From an uncultured bacterium (GTDB lineage: Bacteria; CSSED10-310; CAZUFC01): DNA of 48,956 nt. Position 1 is the stretch's first letter. The number at the start of each line of letters is the position of its first letter. Shown one piece after another: positions 8,763-18,700 of the stretch. Location: NCBI GenBank assembly GCA_964619725.1, contig CAZUFC010000002.1:1-48956 (forward strand). Direction: 5' to 3'. Made by a program: the position numbers and the translations under genes. Under the pieces are notes generated by a model. The model saw only the letters and a program-made list of their open reading frames with translations. It was not told where the DNA came from and searched no databases.

Positions 8763-11700
8763 ATGAAAAGGAAGAGGGCGCGAGTATATATCCTGGTATT
8801 ATTGACGTTAATCGTTTTAACGTCAGGCTGGACAGGCGATTTCGTTACCGCTCAGACGGTTTCCGGGACATTGACGGAGGATGAAACGTGGAGCGGGACG
8901 ATAGGGATTACGGGAGACGTGACGGTACCATACGACATCACGCTGACCATAAATCCTGGAACGGTGATTGAGTTCACGCCTTTATCTGATGACACGAACG
9001 GCGGTGCAGACAGTTCTCGCTGTGAGTTGATAATCAATGAAGGAACTATTTATGCAGCCGGTATGATCGGGAATGAAATTATTTTTACGAGCGCGGGGAC
9101 TGAGCCGGCGCCGTATGACTGGTACGGCATTCGTTTCATCGACTCATATGATCCCTATTGCGAACTCCAGTACTGCGACATCCAGTGGGCTTATAATGCG
9201 GTAAGCCTTTCTTCTTCTTCTCCGACAGTGAGTCATTGCACGATCGGGAACAACCATTTTCGCGGCATAACGGGCACGTTATCATCCTACCCTATGACGA
9301 TCGAAAACAATGAAATATTCAATTCAATCGGCAGTTCAGAGGGTTGCGGGATATACATCGACTTCAATAACGACAGGGCGGCGACGATTTCGGGCAACAA
9401 CCTTTACGGTCATGCCGATTGCGGTATTTATTTTGATATGCCCTATGTATCGAACGCCGAGGTCGGCATCGAGGGGAATGAAATTCACGACAACGAGGCC
9501 GAAGGCGTATATGTCGCTTTATACGGTTCAAACGGTCTGAGTCTGAATTTCAAGGAGAACCTTTGTTACAATAATGCAGACAACGGTTATTATTTTACGG
9601 GTTCCAACGCTTCGTCGGCTCAGGTTCATTTTTTCGGTTGCGAAACTTATTCCAACGAATCGGACGGCATATACATGAATTCGAGTCCCGGTACGACTAT
9701 TTCCATGATGAGCTGTGCGATTTACGACAATGAGAGCGTCGGAGTCTATTTCAACCAGGGGCATACGACTCTGGCCTATTGCGACGTTTACGACAACTAT
9801 GGACACGGGGTAAGATATCACGCGACGAACGGAGTTCAAAAGGCTTATTATTCGAACCTTTACAACAACGTTTATTATGAGATGTATAATAACGACGGCA
9901 ATGCGATTGACGCCCGGTTTTGCTGGTGGGGAGCTACTGCGACTGCGGAAATGAATTCTCTGGGATATACGGCTGACATTTCCCGGCTTTACGACATTCA
10001 CGATAATGCGGACAGAGGTATGATCGATTACAGGAACTGGTCCGGCAGCCAGATTGATACGTCCAAAGACCCCTTTTCCTTTATATCAAGCCCGTCGGAC
10101 GGCGCATCGCTGCACACGGGCGAGATAACGATTGAGGGGATAGCGGGAGCTTCTTCCGGAGTATTCTGGGTTGAACTCAGCACAGACGGCGGCGCCAATT
10201 GGTTTCAGGCGGAGGGTAAAGAGAGCTGGTCATTTACCTGGAACGTTTCAACAGAAGGCACATATGATCTGGTTTCCCGCGCCATGGATGAGGAGTTTCA
10301 ATATGAGACTCCGGGAGCCGGCATTACGGTCGACATTGACGACGGCGCAGTGACGACTTCCGGTACCGTCGTCGCAGACCAGACTTGGGACGGGGCGATC
10401 ACGGTGACCGGCGACGTCAAGGTGCCTGAAGACGTCACCCTGACGATACTTCCAGGGACAGTTATCACTTTTGCCGCCAGACGAGATGATGCGCAGGGAG
10501 GCGTCGACAATTCCCGCTGCGAATTAATCATCCAGGGAGCCCTCAATGCGGACGGCTCAGCAGGATCAGAAATAGTCTTCACATCCGATCAAACGACGCC
10601 GGCAACAAGGGATTGGTACGGAATCAGGTTCGATCAGCCTTACGATGCCGGCTGTCTGGCGGACTATTGCGACATTCAGTGGGCTGAGTCAGGCATTATG
10701 CTGGAAACGGCCGCGCCGACGATTACAAATAATTACATTGCGAATCATCAGCATAAAGGAATAACAGGAGTCGTCGCAGAACGAAATATTCTTATTCATG
10801 GAAATGAAATATGTTATTGCGGCTCAAACAGCAGCGATCACGGCATCAATCTCGATTTACCCTCAAACAGGACCATCACGGTCTCAGACAACCATGTTCA
10901 CGAGGTAAACGCGTGCGGTCTTTACGTCAACCTGGCTTATGAATCCGACACGGAATTAATCCTGGACGGCAATATCGCGCATGACAACACGGACGATGGA
11001 ATAAACATACCCGCCTACGGCTCCGCAAGACTGATCATAAACGTGAAAAACTCAGGTTCTTACAATAATGATGGTTACGGGTTCTATTTTTCCGGTTCCA
11101 ATTCGTCCGGCATGGAACTGAACGTCTCCGCCTGCGATTTTCATTACAACGATAACGACGGATGGAGGATTATGTGCAGCTCTTCCACGTCCGTCTTCGG
11201 ACTGGGCAACGTGATCTACCATAATCAGGGTTATGGAGTCTACCTTTCCAACGGACAGGGCGTTTTTGTTCACAATTCCATTCACACCAATATAAGCGAG
11301 GGAGTCTATTTAACCAACTGCAACAAAATCAACCGGCTTTATTACAACAATATCTACGGCAACAATCCTCATGAGATTCATAACGATTCATCCATAGCCG
11401 TGGATGCCAGAAATTGCTGGTGGGGCGAATATACTACTGTTCAAATGAATGCCTGGGGTTATTCCGCAGACATTTTTACCATATACGACATTCATGACGA
11501 CGGCAATAAAGGCATGGTCGATTACCGGGGATGGAAAACGGAAATGATTGAAACATCCAAGGACCCCGTATCTTACATCGCCGACCCGATGGACGGGATG
11601 ATCCTTCCTGTCGGCAATTTTACGGTCAAAGGCATCGCCGGCGCATCAGCAGGTGTAGATTTCGTTGAATTCAGCAAAGACGGAGGATCAAACTGGATGC

Positions 11701-14700
11701 TCGCGGATGGAAAGGAACAATGGACTTATGACTGGGCCGCTCTTTCAGAAGGCGCTTATCTGCTTCAATCCAGGGTTACCGACGAGGATGCCGCAGAGGA
11801 AGTCCCCGAACCGGGCGTCAACGTGGTAATCGATTCAGACAAGCTGCATACCTGGGGCACGCTTTATCAGAATGAAGTCTGGAGCGGTTCCATAACCATA
11901 AGCGGAGACGTCACCATACCCGAAGGCCGTACCCTCACCATCCTGCCTGGAACAAACATCACCATTAATGCATTGAGAGACGACAGCATGAGCGGAACGG
12001 ACACATCACGAATCGAATTTATCGTTAAAGGAAGTCTGATTGCAGACGGCACGTCTGAAGATATGATTACCTTCACCATCGATCAACCTTTCCCGGAACC
12101 GAGAGACTGGTACGGCATAAGGTTCCTCGATCAATCCAACGACGCTCAATGCACTCTTAACTATTGCGACATAAAATGGGGCGTCATCGGCGTCTCGCTT
12201 CATACCGCCTCACCCAATATTTCCAATAGCATCATCGGAAATCATTATTCCAGAGGAATATCCGGATCACCTTCCCTCATCCCCGAAAAAGACTTTCCTG
12301 AACCTTACGATCTTGTCATCTCCAGCAATGAAGTGTTCGAGTCTGGAACCGCTTCCGGCTATGGAATTTACCTCGAATGCACGTCAGGCGTCATTATTAC
12401 CCTCAATGATAATATCATTCACCATAACCTCGCTGAAGGACTTTTCTGTAACTTCACCTATCTTACGAATGTGAATCTCGACCTGATGAACAATGAGATA
12501 CACCATAACGGAGACGACGGCATGCAATTGAATCTGTACGGTTCATCAGGCATAACCGTGGCTTCAGACGCTGATGTCCTCTACAGCAATACCGAATGCG
12601 GCGCTTACGTCTCCTGTTCGAATGCCTCCAATATGCATTTGAATTTCGTGGATTGCGGATTCAATTCAAACGACACGGAGGGAATTTATATCAGAGGCAC
12701 GAATCAGACGCATGCTGATTTTAACGGCTGCTCCTTCCATCATAATGAAGGTTACGGAGTGTATATCTACGGCGGCAACGCTTCGTTTTCTTACTGCAGC
12801 GTATACCTGAATGACGATTACGGGATTCGTTTCAGGGGTTTGCACTCGATCGTGAGTTGCAGCGACAATAACATCAACGACAATTACGATTATGAAATTT
12901 ATAATGATTCATCCTATTCCGTCACGGCCATGAACTGCTGGTGGGGCATTACCACAACGGCCGAGATGGATGAGCTGGGATATCCCGCAAACATCGAAAG
13001 GCTGTATGATATTCACGATAATGCGTCATACGGCGAAATAAATTATGATAATTGGATACCGGGGCCCGTACCCACTGTAACGCCGTCATTCATTCCAACG
13101 GCGACTCCGGTGATGACTCCGCCGACGGCAGCGCCCACCCGGGAACCCACATCGGTCCCCACAGCGGCTCCTACGGCCACTCCCCAGGCGACCAATACTC
13201 CAACCCTTACCGCCATACCGACTAACACTCCCATCCCCCAAACCAATTGCGGGTGGTACGACGACTGGCAGGACTACGGCTGCGGCCTCAGCGGACTGGA
13301 AGGCGAAGATTTCGTCACATTCTTCGTGGTTCATCAACATTGCGACGTCACGATTTCCATAAACAACGTCACGCCTTCTGATTATGATCCCATCCTGTTG
13401 CTTCTGGACGGTCCTGGAGCCGAACATTGTTTCGACTTCGCAGACGAATACGGGGCTGCGGAAGGCGAAAGCATAACCATAACGGCCATGGAGCCGGGGA
13501 CTTATTATGCTGTAGTCGATTCTTATGAGAATTGCGGATTCTGGAACCTCACCCTGTCCATGGAGGATTGCGTCACGCCGACGCCTATTCCGACGGGAAC
13601 ATCCATTCCCCAGACAAATTGCGGGTGGTACGACGACTGGCAGGACTACGGCTGCGGCCTCAGCGGACTGGAAGGCGAAGATTTCGTTACATTCTTCGTT
13701 CTCAACCAGGTATGCGACATAACCTTGACCGTCGATAACATCACTCCCAACGATTACGATCCTATCCTCCTGCTTCTGGACGGCCCCAATCCCCTGTACT
13801 GCTTCGCCTTCGCCGACGATAACGGAGCCGGGCAGGGAGAAAGCATAAACATCGCTGCCATGGAACCGGGCAATTACTACGCAGTAGTAGATTCTTACGA
13901 AGAATGCGGGTACTGGAATCTATCTTATACGATAAACGATTGCCTGACATCAACCCCCAATCCCACGCCCACAGATACTCCCACGCCTTATCCGCAAACC
14001 AACTGCGGTTTCGCAGACGATTACCAGACCTATGGATGCGGCATTTCAGGCCTCGAAGGCGAAGACCTGGGCATATTCATTACAAATCATGAGTACTGCG
14101 ACGTCACCGTCTCCATCAATAACGTTACGCCCGCTGAATACGACCCTATCCTGCTCATTATGAGTTCCTCAAGCCCCGATGACTGCTTCATATACGCCGA
14201 CGAAAACGGACCGGGGGAAGGCGAATCCATCACCATGCCCGGTCTCGAACCTGCAGACTACTTCGTCGTTATAGACTCCTATGAATCGTGCGGATATTTT
14301 AACTTCATTCAATCCTTCGAAAACTGCCATATCTATTCGCCAACGCCTACCTTTACTCCGACACAGGGCATCACGCCTACAAGCACGCCTACCCATGCCT
14401 GCACCGTACTGCATGTCCCTCAGGACTTTCTCACCATACAGGAAGCCGTGGATGCAGCCATGGACTGCGATACCGTCCTGATCGACGACGGAACTTTTAC
14501 AGGCGATAAAAACAGAAATATCGACCTTAAATTCAAAGCCATTACCGTCACTTCCGCAAATGGAGCGGAAAATTGCATCATAGATTGCCAGGAAGCCGGC
14601 AGAGGATTCATCATTTTCCGGGGAGAAGGCGCTGATACCATCCTGAACGGACTCACCGTCCGGAACGCCGCCGCCACTTTCGGAGCCGGCATATATATCC

Positions 14701-15737
14701 AAAACTCCTCACCGACCATATCTGATTGCATTGTCTCATCCTGCATGTCAGAATCAGACGGCGGAGGCGTGTACTGCAGCAGCGAATCCTCACCCCTCAT
14801 CCAGGATTGCACTATCGTCGATAACTCCGCCGGAGGCATAGGCGGCGGCCTGTTCTGCCGCGACTACTCCAACGCGACCATTACCAATTCTGAAATCACC
14901 GGAAATGACGCTGAACACGGCGGAGGCGTCTACATCTATAATTCCACTCCTCACCTTACCGGATGCCTCATTACCGAAAATTACGGCGATCATAACGGCG
15001 GCGTATACTTCGATAACGATTCTGCAGGCATCCTTGAAAGTTGTATTATCGCCCGCAATTCTTCAATCGACCAGGGCGGCGGCCTGCACTTCGCCAGCAG
15101 CAGCGAAGAAGCGCTTATTAAAAATTGCCTGATAATCGGCAACATCACCCAAAACTACGGCGGAGGCGCCCAATGCTGGTACTCCAATCCCACCCTGCTT
15201 AATTGCACCCTCTCCGAAAACTCCGCAGGCATCGAATCAGGAGCCTTGAACTGCTTTAACTCAGCCCCGGTCATTAAAAACTCTATCTGCTGGAACAATT
15301 CGCCCGATGAAATCGGAACCTCAGGCGTATCAGTCATCTATATCACCTACTCCAATGTCCAGGGAGGCTTCGAAGGCGAAGGCAATATGAACCAGGACCC
15401 CTTGTTCGTCGCTCCGCTCAACGACGACTTTCATCTCCAATCCACTGCAGGAAGCTATCACAGCGGCGCCTGGGAACCGGATGAAAACTGCTCCCCCGCC
15501 ATCGATGCAGGCGATCCCGCAGACCCCTGCGACAACGAACCTTCCCCTCACGGAAACATCCTCAATATGGGAGCCTACGGCAATACCGATCAGGCATCAA
15601 AATCATGCTATCATTACATTCCCGCACTCTCCACAGCAGGATTACTCATTGTTATGAGCATCCTCGGGTTTTTTATACTATCTGCCTCAGCGTCAAAAAG
15701 GCTGAAACGAAGACATGAAAACAAACCGTGTTTATAA
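8763..15737 (+). CDS. Giant surface protein: 3x parallel beta-helix module (first two followed by an Ig-like domain), P/T linkers, 3x PPC-like Cys-containing domains, C-terminal beta-helix, IPTL-CTERM-like anchor
   Basis: Signal peptide. Modules of about 500 aa start SGTLxxDETWSG..ITGDVTVP and end DARxCWWG..YDIHD. Ig-like VELSTDGGANW..WSFTW. Repeats QTNCG..GLEGED..YDPILL..GESI..PGxYYAVVDSY. HVPQDFLTIQEAVDAA and GGGVY repeats, then DPLFV..DFHLQS..SPAIDAG..NMGAYG. C-terminus IPALS-TM-KRLKRR. Confidence 0.85.
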   Translation: MKRKRARVYILVLLTLIVLTSGWTGDFVTAQTVSGTLTEDETWSGTIGITGDVTVPYDITLTINPGTVIEFTPLSDDTNGGADSSRCELIINEGTIYAAGMIGNEIIFTSAGTEPAPYDWYGIRFIDSYDPYCELQYCDIQWAYNAVSLSSSSPTVSHCTIGNNHFRGITGTLSSYPMTIENNEIFNSIGSSEGCGIYIDFNNDRAATISGNNLYGHADCGIYFDMPYVSNAEVGIEGNEIHDNEAEGVYVALYGSNGLSLNFKENLCYNNADNGYYFTGSNASSAQVHFFGCETYSNESDGIYMNSSPGTTISMMSCAIYDNESVGVYFNQGHTTLAYCDVYDNYGHGVRYHATNGVQKAYYSNLYNNVYYEMYNNDGNAIDARFCWWGATATAEMNSLGYTADISRLYDIHDNADRGMIDYRNWSGSQIDTSKDPFSFISSPSDGASLHTGEITIEGIAGASSGVFWVELSTDGGANWFQAEGKESWSFTWNVSTEGTYDLVSRAMDEEFQYETPGAGITVDIDDGAVTTSGTVVADQTWDGAITVTGDVKVPEDVTLTILPGTVITFAARRDDAQGGVDNSRCELIIQGALNADGSAGSEIVFTSDQTTPATRDWYGIRFDQPYDAGCLADYCDIQWAESGIMLETAAPTITNNYIANHQHKGITGVVAERNILIHGNEICYCGSNSSDHGINLDLPSNRTITVSDNHVHEVNACGLYVNLAYESDTELILDGNIAHDNTDDGINIPAYGSARLIINVKNSGSYNNDGYGFYFSGSNSSGMELNVSACDFHYNDNDGWRIMCSSSTSVFGLGNVIYHNQGYGVYLSNGQGVFVHNSIHTNISEGVYLTNCNKINRLYYNNIYGNNPHEIHNDSSIAVDARNCWWGEYTTVQMNAWGYSADIFTIYDIHDDGNKGMVDYRGWKTEMIETSKDPVSYIADPMDGMILPVGNFTVKGIAGASAGVDFVEFSKDGGSNWMLADGKEQWTYDWAALSEGAYLLQSRVTDEDAAEEVPEPGVNVVIDSDKLHTWGTLYQNEVWSGSITISGDVTIPEGRTLTILPGTNITINALRDDSMSGTDTSRIEFIVKGSLIADGTSEDMITFTIDQPFPEPRDWYGIRFLDQSNDAQCTLNYCDIKWGVIGVSLHTASPNISNSIIGNHYSRGISGSPSLIPEKDFPEPYDLVISSNEVFESGTASGYGIYLECTSGVIITLNDNIIHHNLAEGLFCNFTYLTNVNLDLMNNEIHHNGDDGMQLNLYGSSGITVASDADVLYSNTECGAYVSCSNASNMHLNFVDCGFNSNDTEGIYIRGTNQTHADFNGCSFHHNEGYGVYIYGGNASFSYCSVYLNDDYGIRFRGLHSIVSCSDNNINDNYDYEIYNDSSYSVTAMNCWWGITTTAEMDELGYPANIERLYDIHDNASYGEINYDNWIPGPVPTVTPSFIPTATPVMTPPTAAPTREPTSVPTAAPTATPQATNTPTLTAIPTNTPIPQTNCGWYDDWQDYGCGLSGLEGEDFVTFFVVHQHCDVTISINNVTPSDYDPILLLLDGPGAEHCFDFADEYGAAEGESITITAMEPGTYYAVVDSYENCGFWNLTLSMEDCVTPTPIPTGTSIPQTNCGWYDDWQDYGCGLSGLEGEDFVTFFVLNQVCDITLTVDNITPNDYDPILLLLDGPNPLYCFAFADDNGAGQGESINIAAMEPGNYYAVVDSYEECGYWNLSYTINDCLTSTPNPTPTDTPTPYPQTNCGFADDYQTYGCGISGLEGEDLGIFITNHEYCDVTVSINNVTPAEYDPILLIMSSSSPDDCFIYADENGPGEGESITMPGLEPADYFVVIDSYESCGYFNFIQSFENCHIYSPTPTFTPTQGITPTSTPTHACTVLHVPQDFLTIQEAVDAAMDCDTVLIDDGTFTGDKNRNIDLKFKAITVTSANGAENCIIDCQEAGRGFIIFRGEGADTILNGLTVRNAAATFGAGIYIQNSSPTISDCIVSSCMSESDGGGVYCSSESSPLIQDCTIVDNSAGGIGGGLFCRDYSNATITNSEITGNDAEHGGGVYIYNSTPHLTGCLITENYGDHNGGVYFDNDSAGILESCIIARNSSIDQGGGLHFASSSEEALIKNCLIIGNITQNYGGGAQCWYSNPTLLNCTLSENSAGIESGALNCFNSAPVIKNSICWNNSPDEIGTSGVSVIYITYSNVQGGFEGEGNMNQDPLFVAPLNDDFHLQSTAGSYHSGAWEPDENCSPAIDAGDPADPCDNEPSPHGNILNMGAYGNTDQASKSCYHYIPALSTAGLLIVMSILGFFILSASASKRLKRRHENKPCL
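13245..13687 (+). repeat. Intragenic 71-bp identical direct repeat (13245-13315 and 13617-13687)
   Basis: AATTGCGGGTGGTACGACGACTGG...GGCGAAGATTTCGT occurs twice, 372 bp apart, at the start of PPC-like domains 1 and 2. Confidence 0.9.
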
Positions 15738-15748
15738 AAGGAGGAATT

Positions 15749-18700
15749 ATGAACCGAAGTCACCGAAATTTAATTCAAATTTCATTAACGGTTATTGTGC
15801 TTATCCTGTTGAATGCTCAACCCGTGATTTTTGCGCAAACCACATCCGGCACGCTTGCCGCTGATGAAACGTGGAGCGGAACGATAAATGTCACGGGAGA
15901 CATAACCGTTCCATACGGCGTAACTCTGACAATCGAACCGGGAACGACCGTCAGTTTTACCGCATTGTCGGACGATACGAACGGCGGAGCAGACAGTTCC
16001 CGCTGCGAATTTATAATCAACGAAGGCGAAATCCATGCTCTGGGGACCTCGGAGAATATGATCGTATTCACCAGCGCGGACTCTGAGCCTTCTCCCAGGG
16101 ATTGGTACGGTTTCCGTTTTGTCAATTCTTACGATCCTTATTGCGTGCTGGATTATTGCGACATTCAGTGGGGATATGCCGGCGTCAGGCTATCAACAGC
16201 TTCACCGACGATCAGCAATTGCATCATAGCCAACCATTCCTACAGGGGCATTTACGGCACGGTATCCGCTTTTTCGATGACTATCGAAAACAATGAGATA
16301 TATAACATTTTCGGCGATTCAAACGGATACGGCATTTTTATTGACTTTGAAAACAACAGGTCGGTCGCCATTTCAGGCAATGAAATTTACGGATGCGACG
16401 ACTCCGGCATCTACTGCGATATGCCTTATCAGTCAAATTCCGACGTGTCGATAACAGGCAACAGCATACATAACAACGGGGATCACGGGGTCTACATGAC
16501 GCTTTACGGGTCAAGCAATCTGGATGTGGAATTCAAAAATAATCTCTGCTACGAGAATCCAGGCCGGGGTTATTATCTCACCAGCTCGAATGCGAACAAT
16601 CTTGAAGTCTACTTCTACGGATGTGAGACATACTTGAATCAGGATGAAGGAATATATGCCACAGCAGACCCCGGCACAAATACAACCTTTACTCGATGTT
16701 CATTTCATGACAATGTGGATTCAGGATTGTACATAAACAAGGGTCATACGACTCTGGCTTACTGCGACGTATACGACAACGGCGGATACGGAATTCACTA
16801 CAATTCAACGAACGGTTTGCAGAAGGTTTATTACTGCAATATATACGGAAACATCGATTATGACTTGTATAACAACGATTCCAATGCGATCGATGCGAGA
16901 TTCTGCTGGTGGGGAGCCGCCGCCTATGCGGAAATGGAATCGTTGGGATATACTGCTGACATTTCGACTTTCTACGACATTCACGATAATGCGAACAAAG
17001 GTATGATCGATTACAGGGAATGGGCTTCCTCCCTGGTGGATACGTCCAAAGACCCGTTGTCTTTCATCACTTATCCGTCTGACGGCGATTCTCTGCACAG
17101 GGGCACGCTGGAGATCAAGGGACTGGCGGGAGCTACTGCAGGAATTTTCTGGGTGGACGTCAGCACAGACGGCGGGACGACGTGGTTTAACGCCCAAGGA
17201 GCGGAAAGCTGGACATTTCCCTGGAACGTTACGCTGGAAGGAACCTATCATATTAAATCACGGGCCATGGATAACGATTTTAATTTTGAAACGCCGGGTC
17301 CGGGCATCATAATAGATGTCGACGATTCCAACATTCATCAGTACGGGACGCTTACGACAGATGAAACCTGGAGCGGCTCCGTCACGGTTACGGGCGACAT
17401 TATCGTGCCTGACGAGAAAACTTTAACCATAATGCCGGGGACGGTTGTAACCATTGCGGCGCTCAGGGACGATACTTACAGCGGCAGGGATAATTCCCGT
17501 GTTGAGTTCGTCATCAGGGGCGCTTTATCCGCGAACGGAAGGCCGGGACAGGAGATCATATTTACTTCAGATAAAGCAACTCCGGGCAAACGTGACTGGT
17601 ACGGCATCAGGTTCAGCGATCCCTACGACGCCGGCTGTATAGTCGATCATTGCGATATTCAGTGGGCCTGTTATGGAATCAAACTGGAAGACTCCGCGCC
17701 GCTCGTAACGAATAATCACATTGCGAACATTCAGTATGAGGGTATTACCGGCGATATCACCGAAAGGGATATGATTATCCAGGGCAATGAGATTTATAAC
17801 AGCGGCTCCACCAGCAGCGACTGGGCGATTAACCTGGATTTTCCTCCGAACAGAGAAATCATCATTTCGGATAACTACGTTCATGACGTTTACGCTGGCG
17901 GACTCTACCTCTATATGCCCTATACAGCGAACACTGAACTCTTTATGGACGGCAACATCATCCATACATGCGGAGATGACGGAATGAGCATTCTGGCATA
18001 CGGCTCCAGCGGAATCAACATTGACATTAAAAATACCGACTCCTATAACAATGATGAGTACGGCATTTATCTTTCAAGCACAAACTCAAACAACTTTAAC
18101 TTCAGATTCAGCGCCGGGGAAATTCACTCAAACGACAACGACGGTTTGCGTCTTACATGCAATACCAACAATTCGCTCTACTTTTTCGGAAACGACATTT
18201 ATCACAACCAGGGCTACGGCGTTTATCTGTCTCAAGGACGCGGCGTTTTCGTTCAGAATTCGATCCATACGAATACCAGTATGGGCGTATACCTGACATC
18301 CTGCAACAAGATCAACAAGCTTTATTACAACAACATTTTCGGCAACAGCACGTATGAACTTTACAACGATTCCTCCAGGGCCGTCGACGCCAGAAACTGC
18401 TGGTGGGGAGACTACACCGCAGCCCAGATGAACGCCTGGGGATACTCATCAGACATCTTTTCCATTTTCGACATTCACGACAACGGCGCCAAAGGCATGG
18501 TCGATTATCGGGGATGGACTCAGGGCCAGATCGATATCGCTACAGACCCGGTTTCTTACATAATAGATCCCATGGAAGGCATGACTCTTCCTGTCGGTGA
18601 TTTTACCGTTAAAGGCGTTGCCGCGGCATCTGCAGGCATCGATTACGTGGACTTCAGTGCAGACGGAGGAGTCAACTGGGCCGCAGCGGAAGGAGCAGAA

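Noticed and set aside
13245-13687. Repeat pair as a DGR template/variable region
   Set aside because: Both copies are in-frame coding domains, differences are not adenine-specific, and there is no reverse transcriptase in the window.
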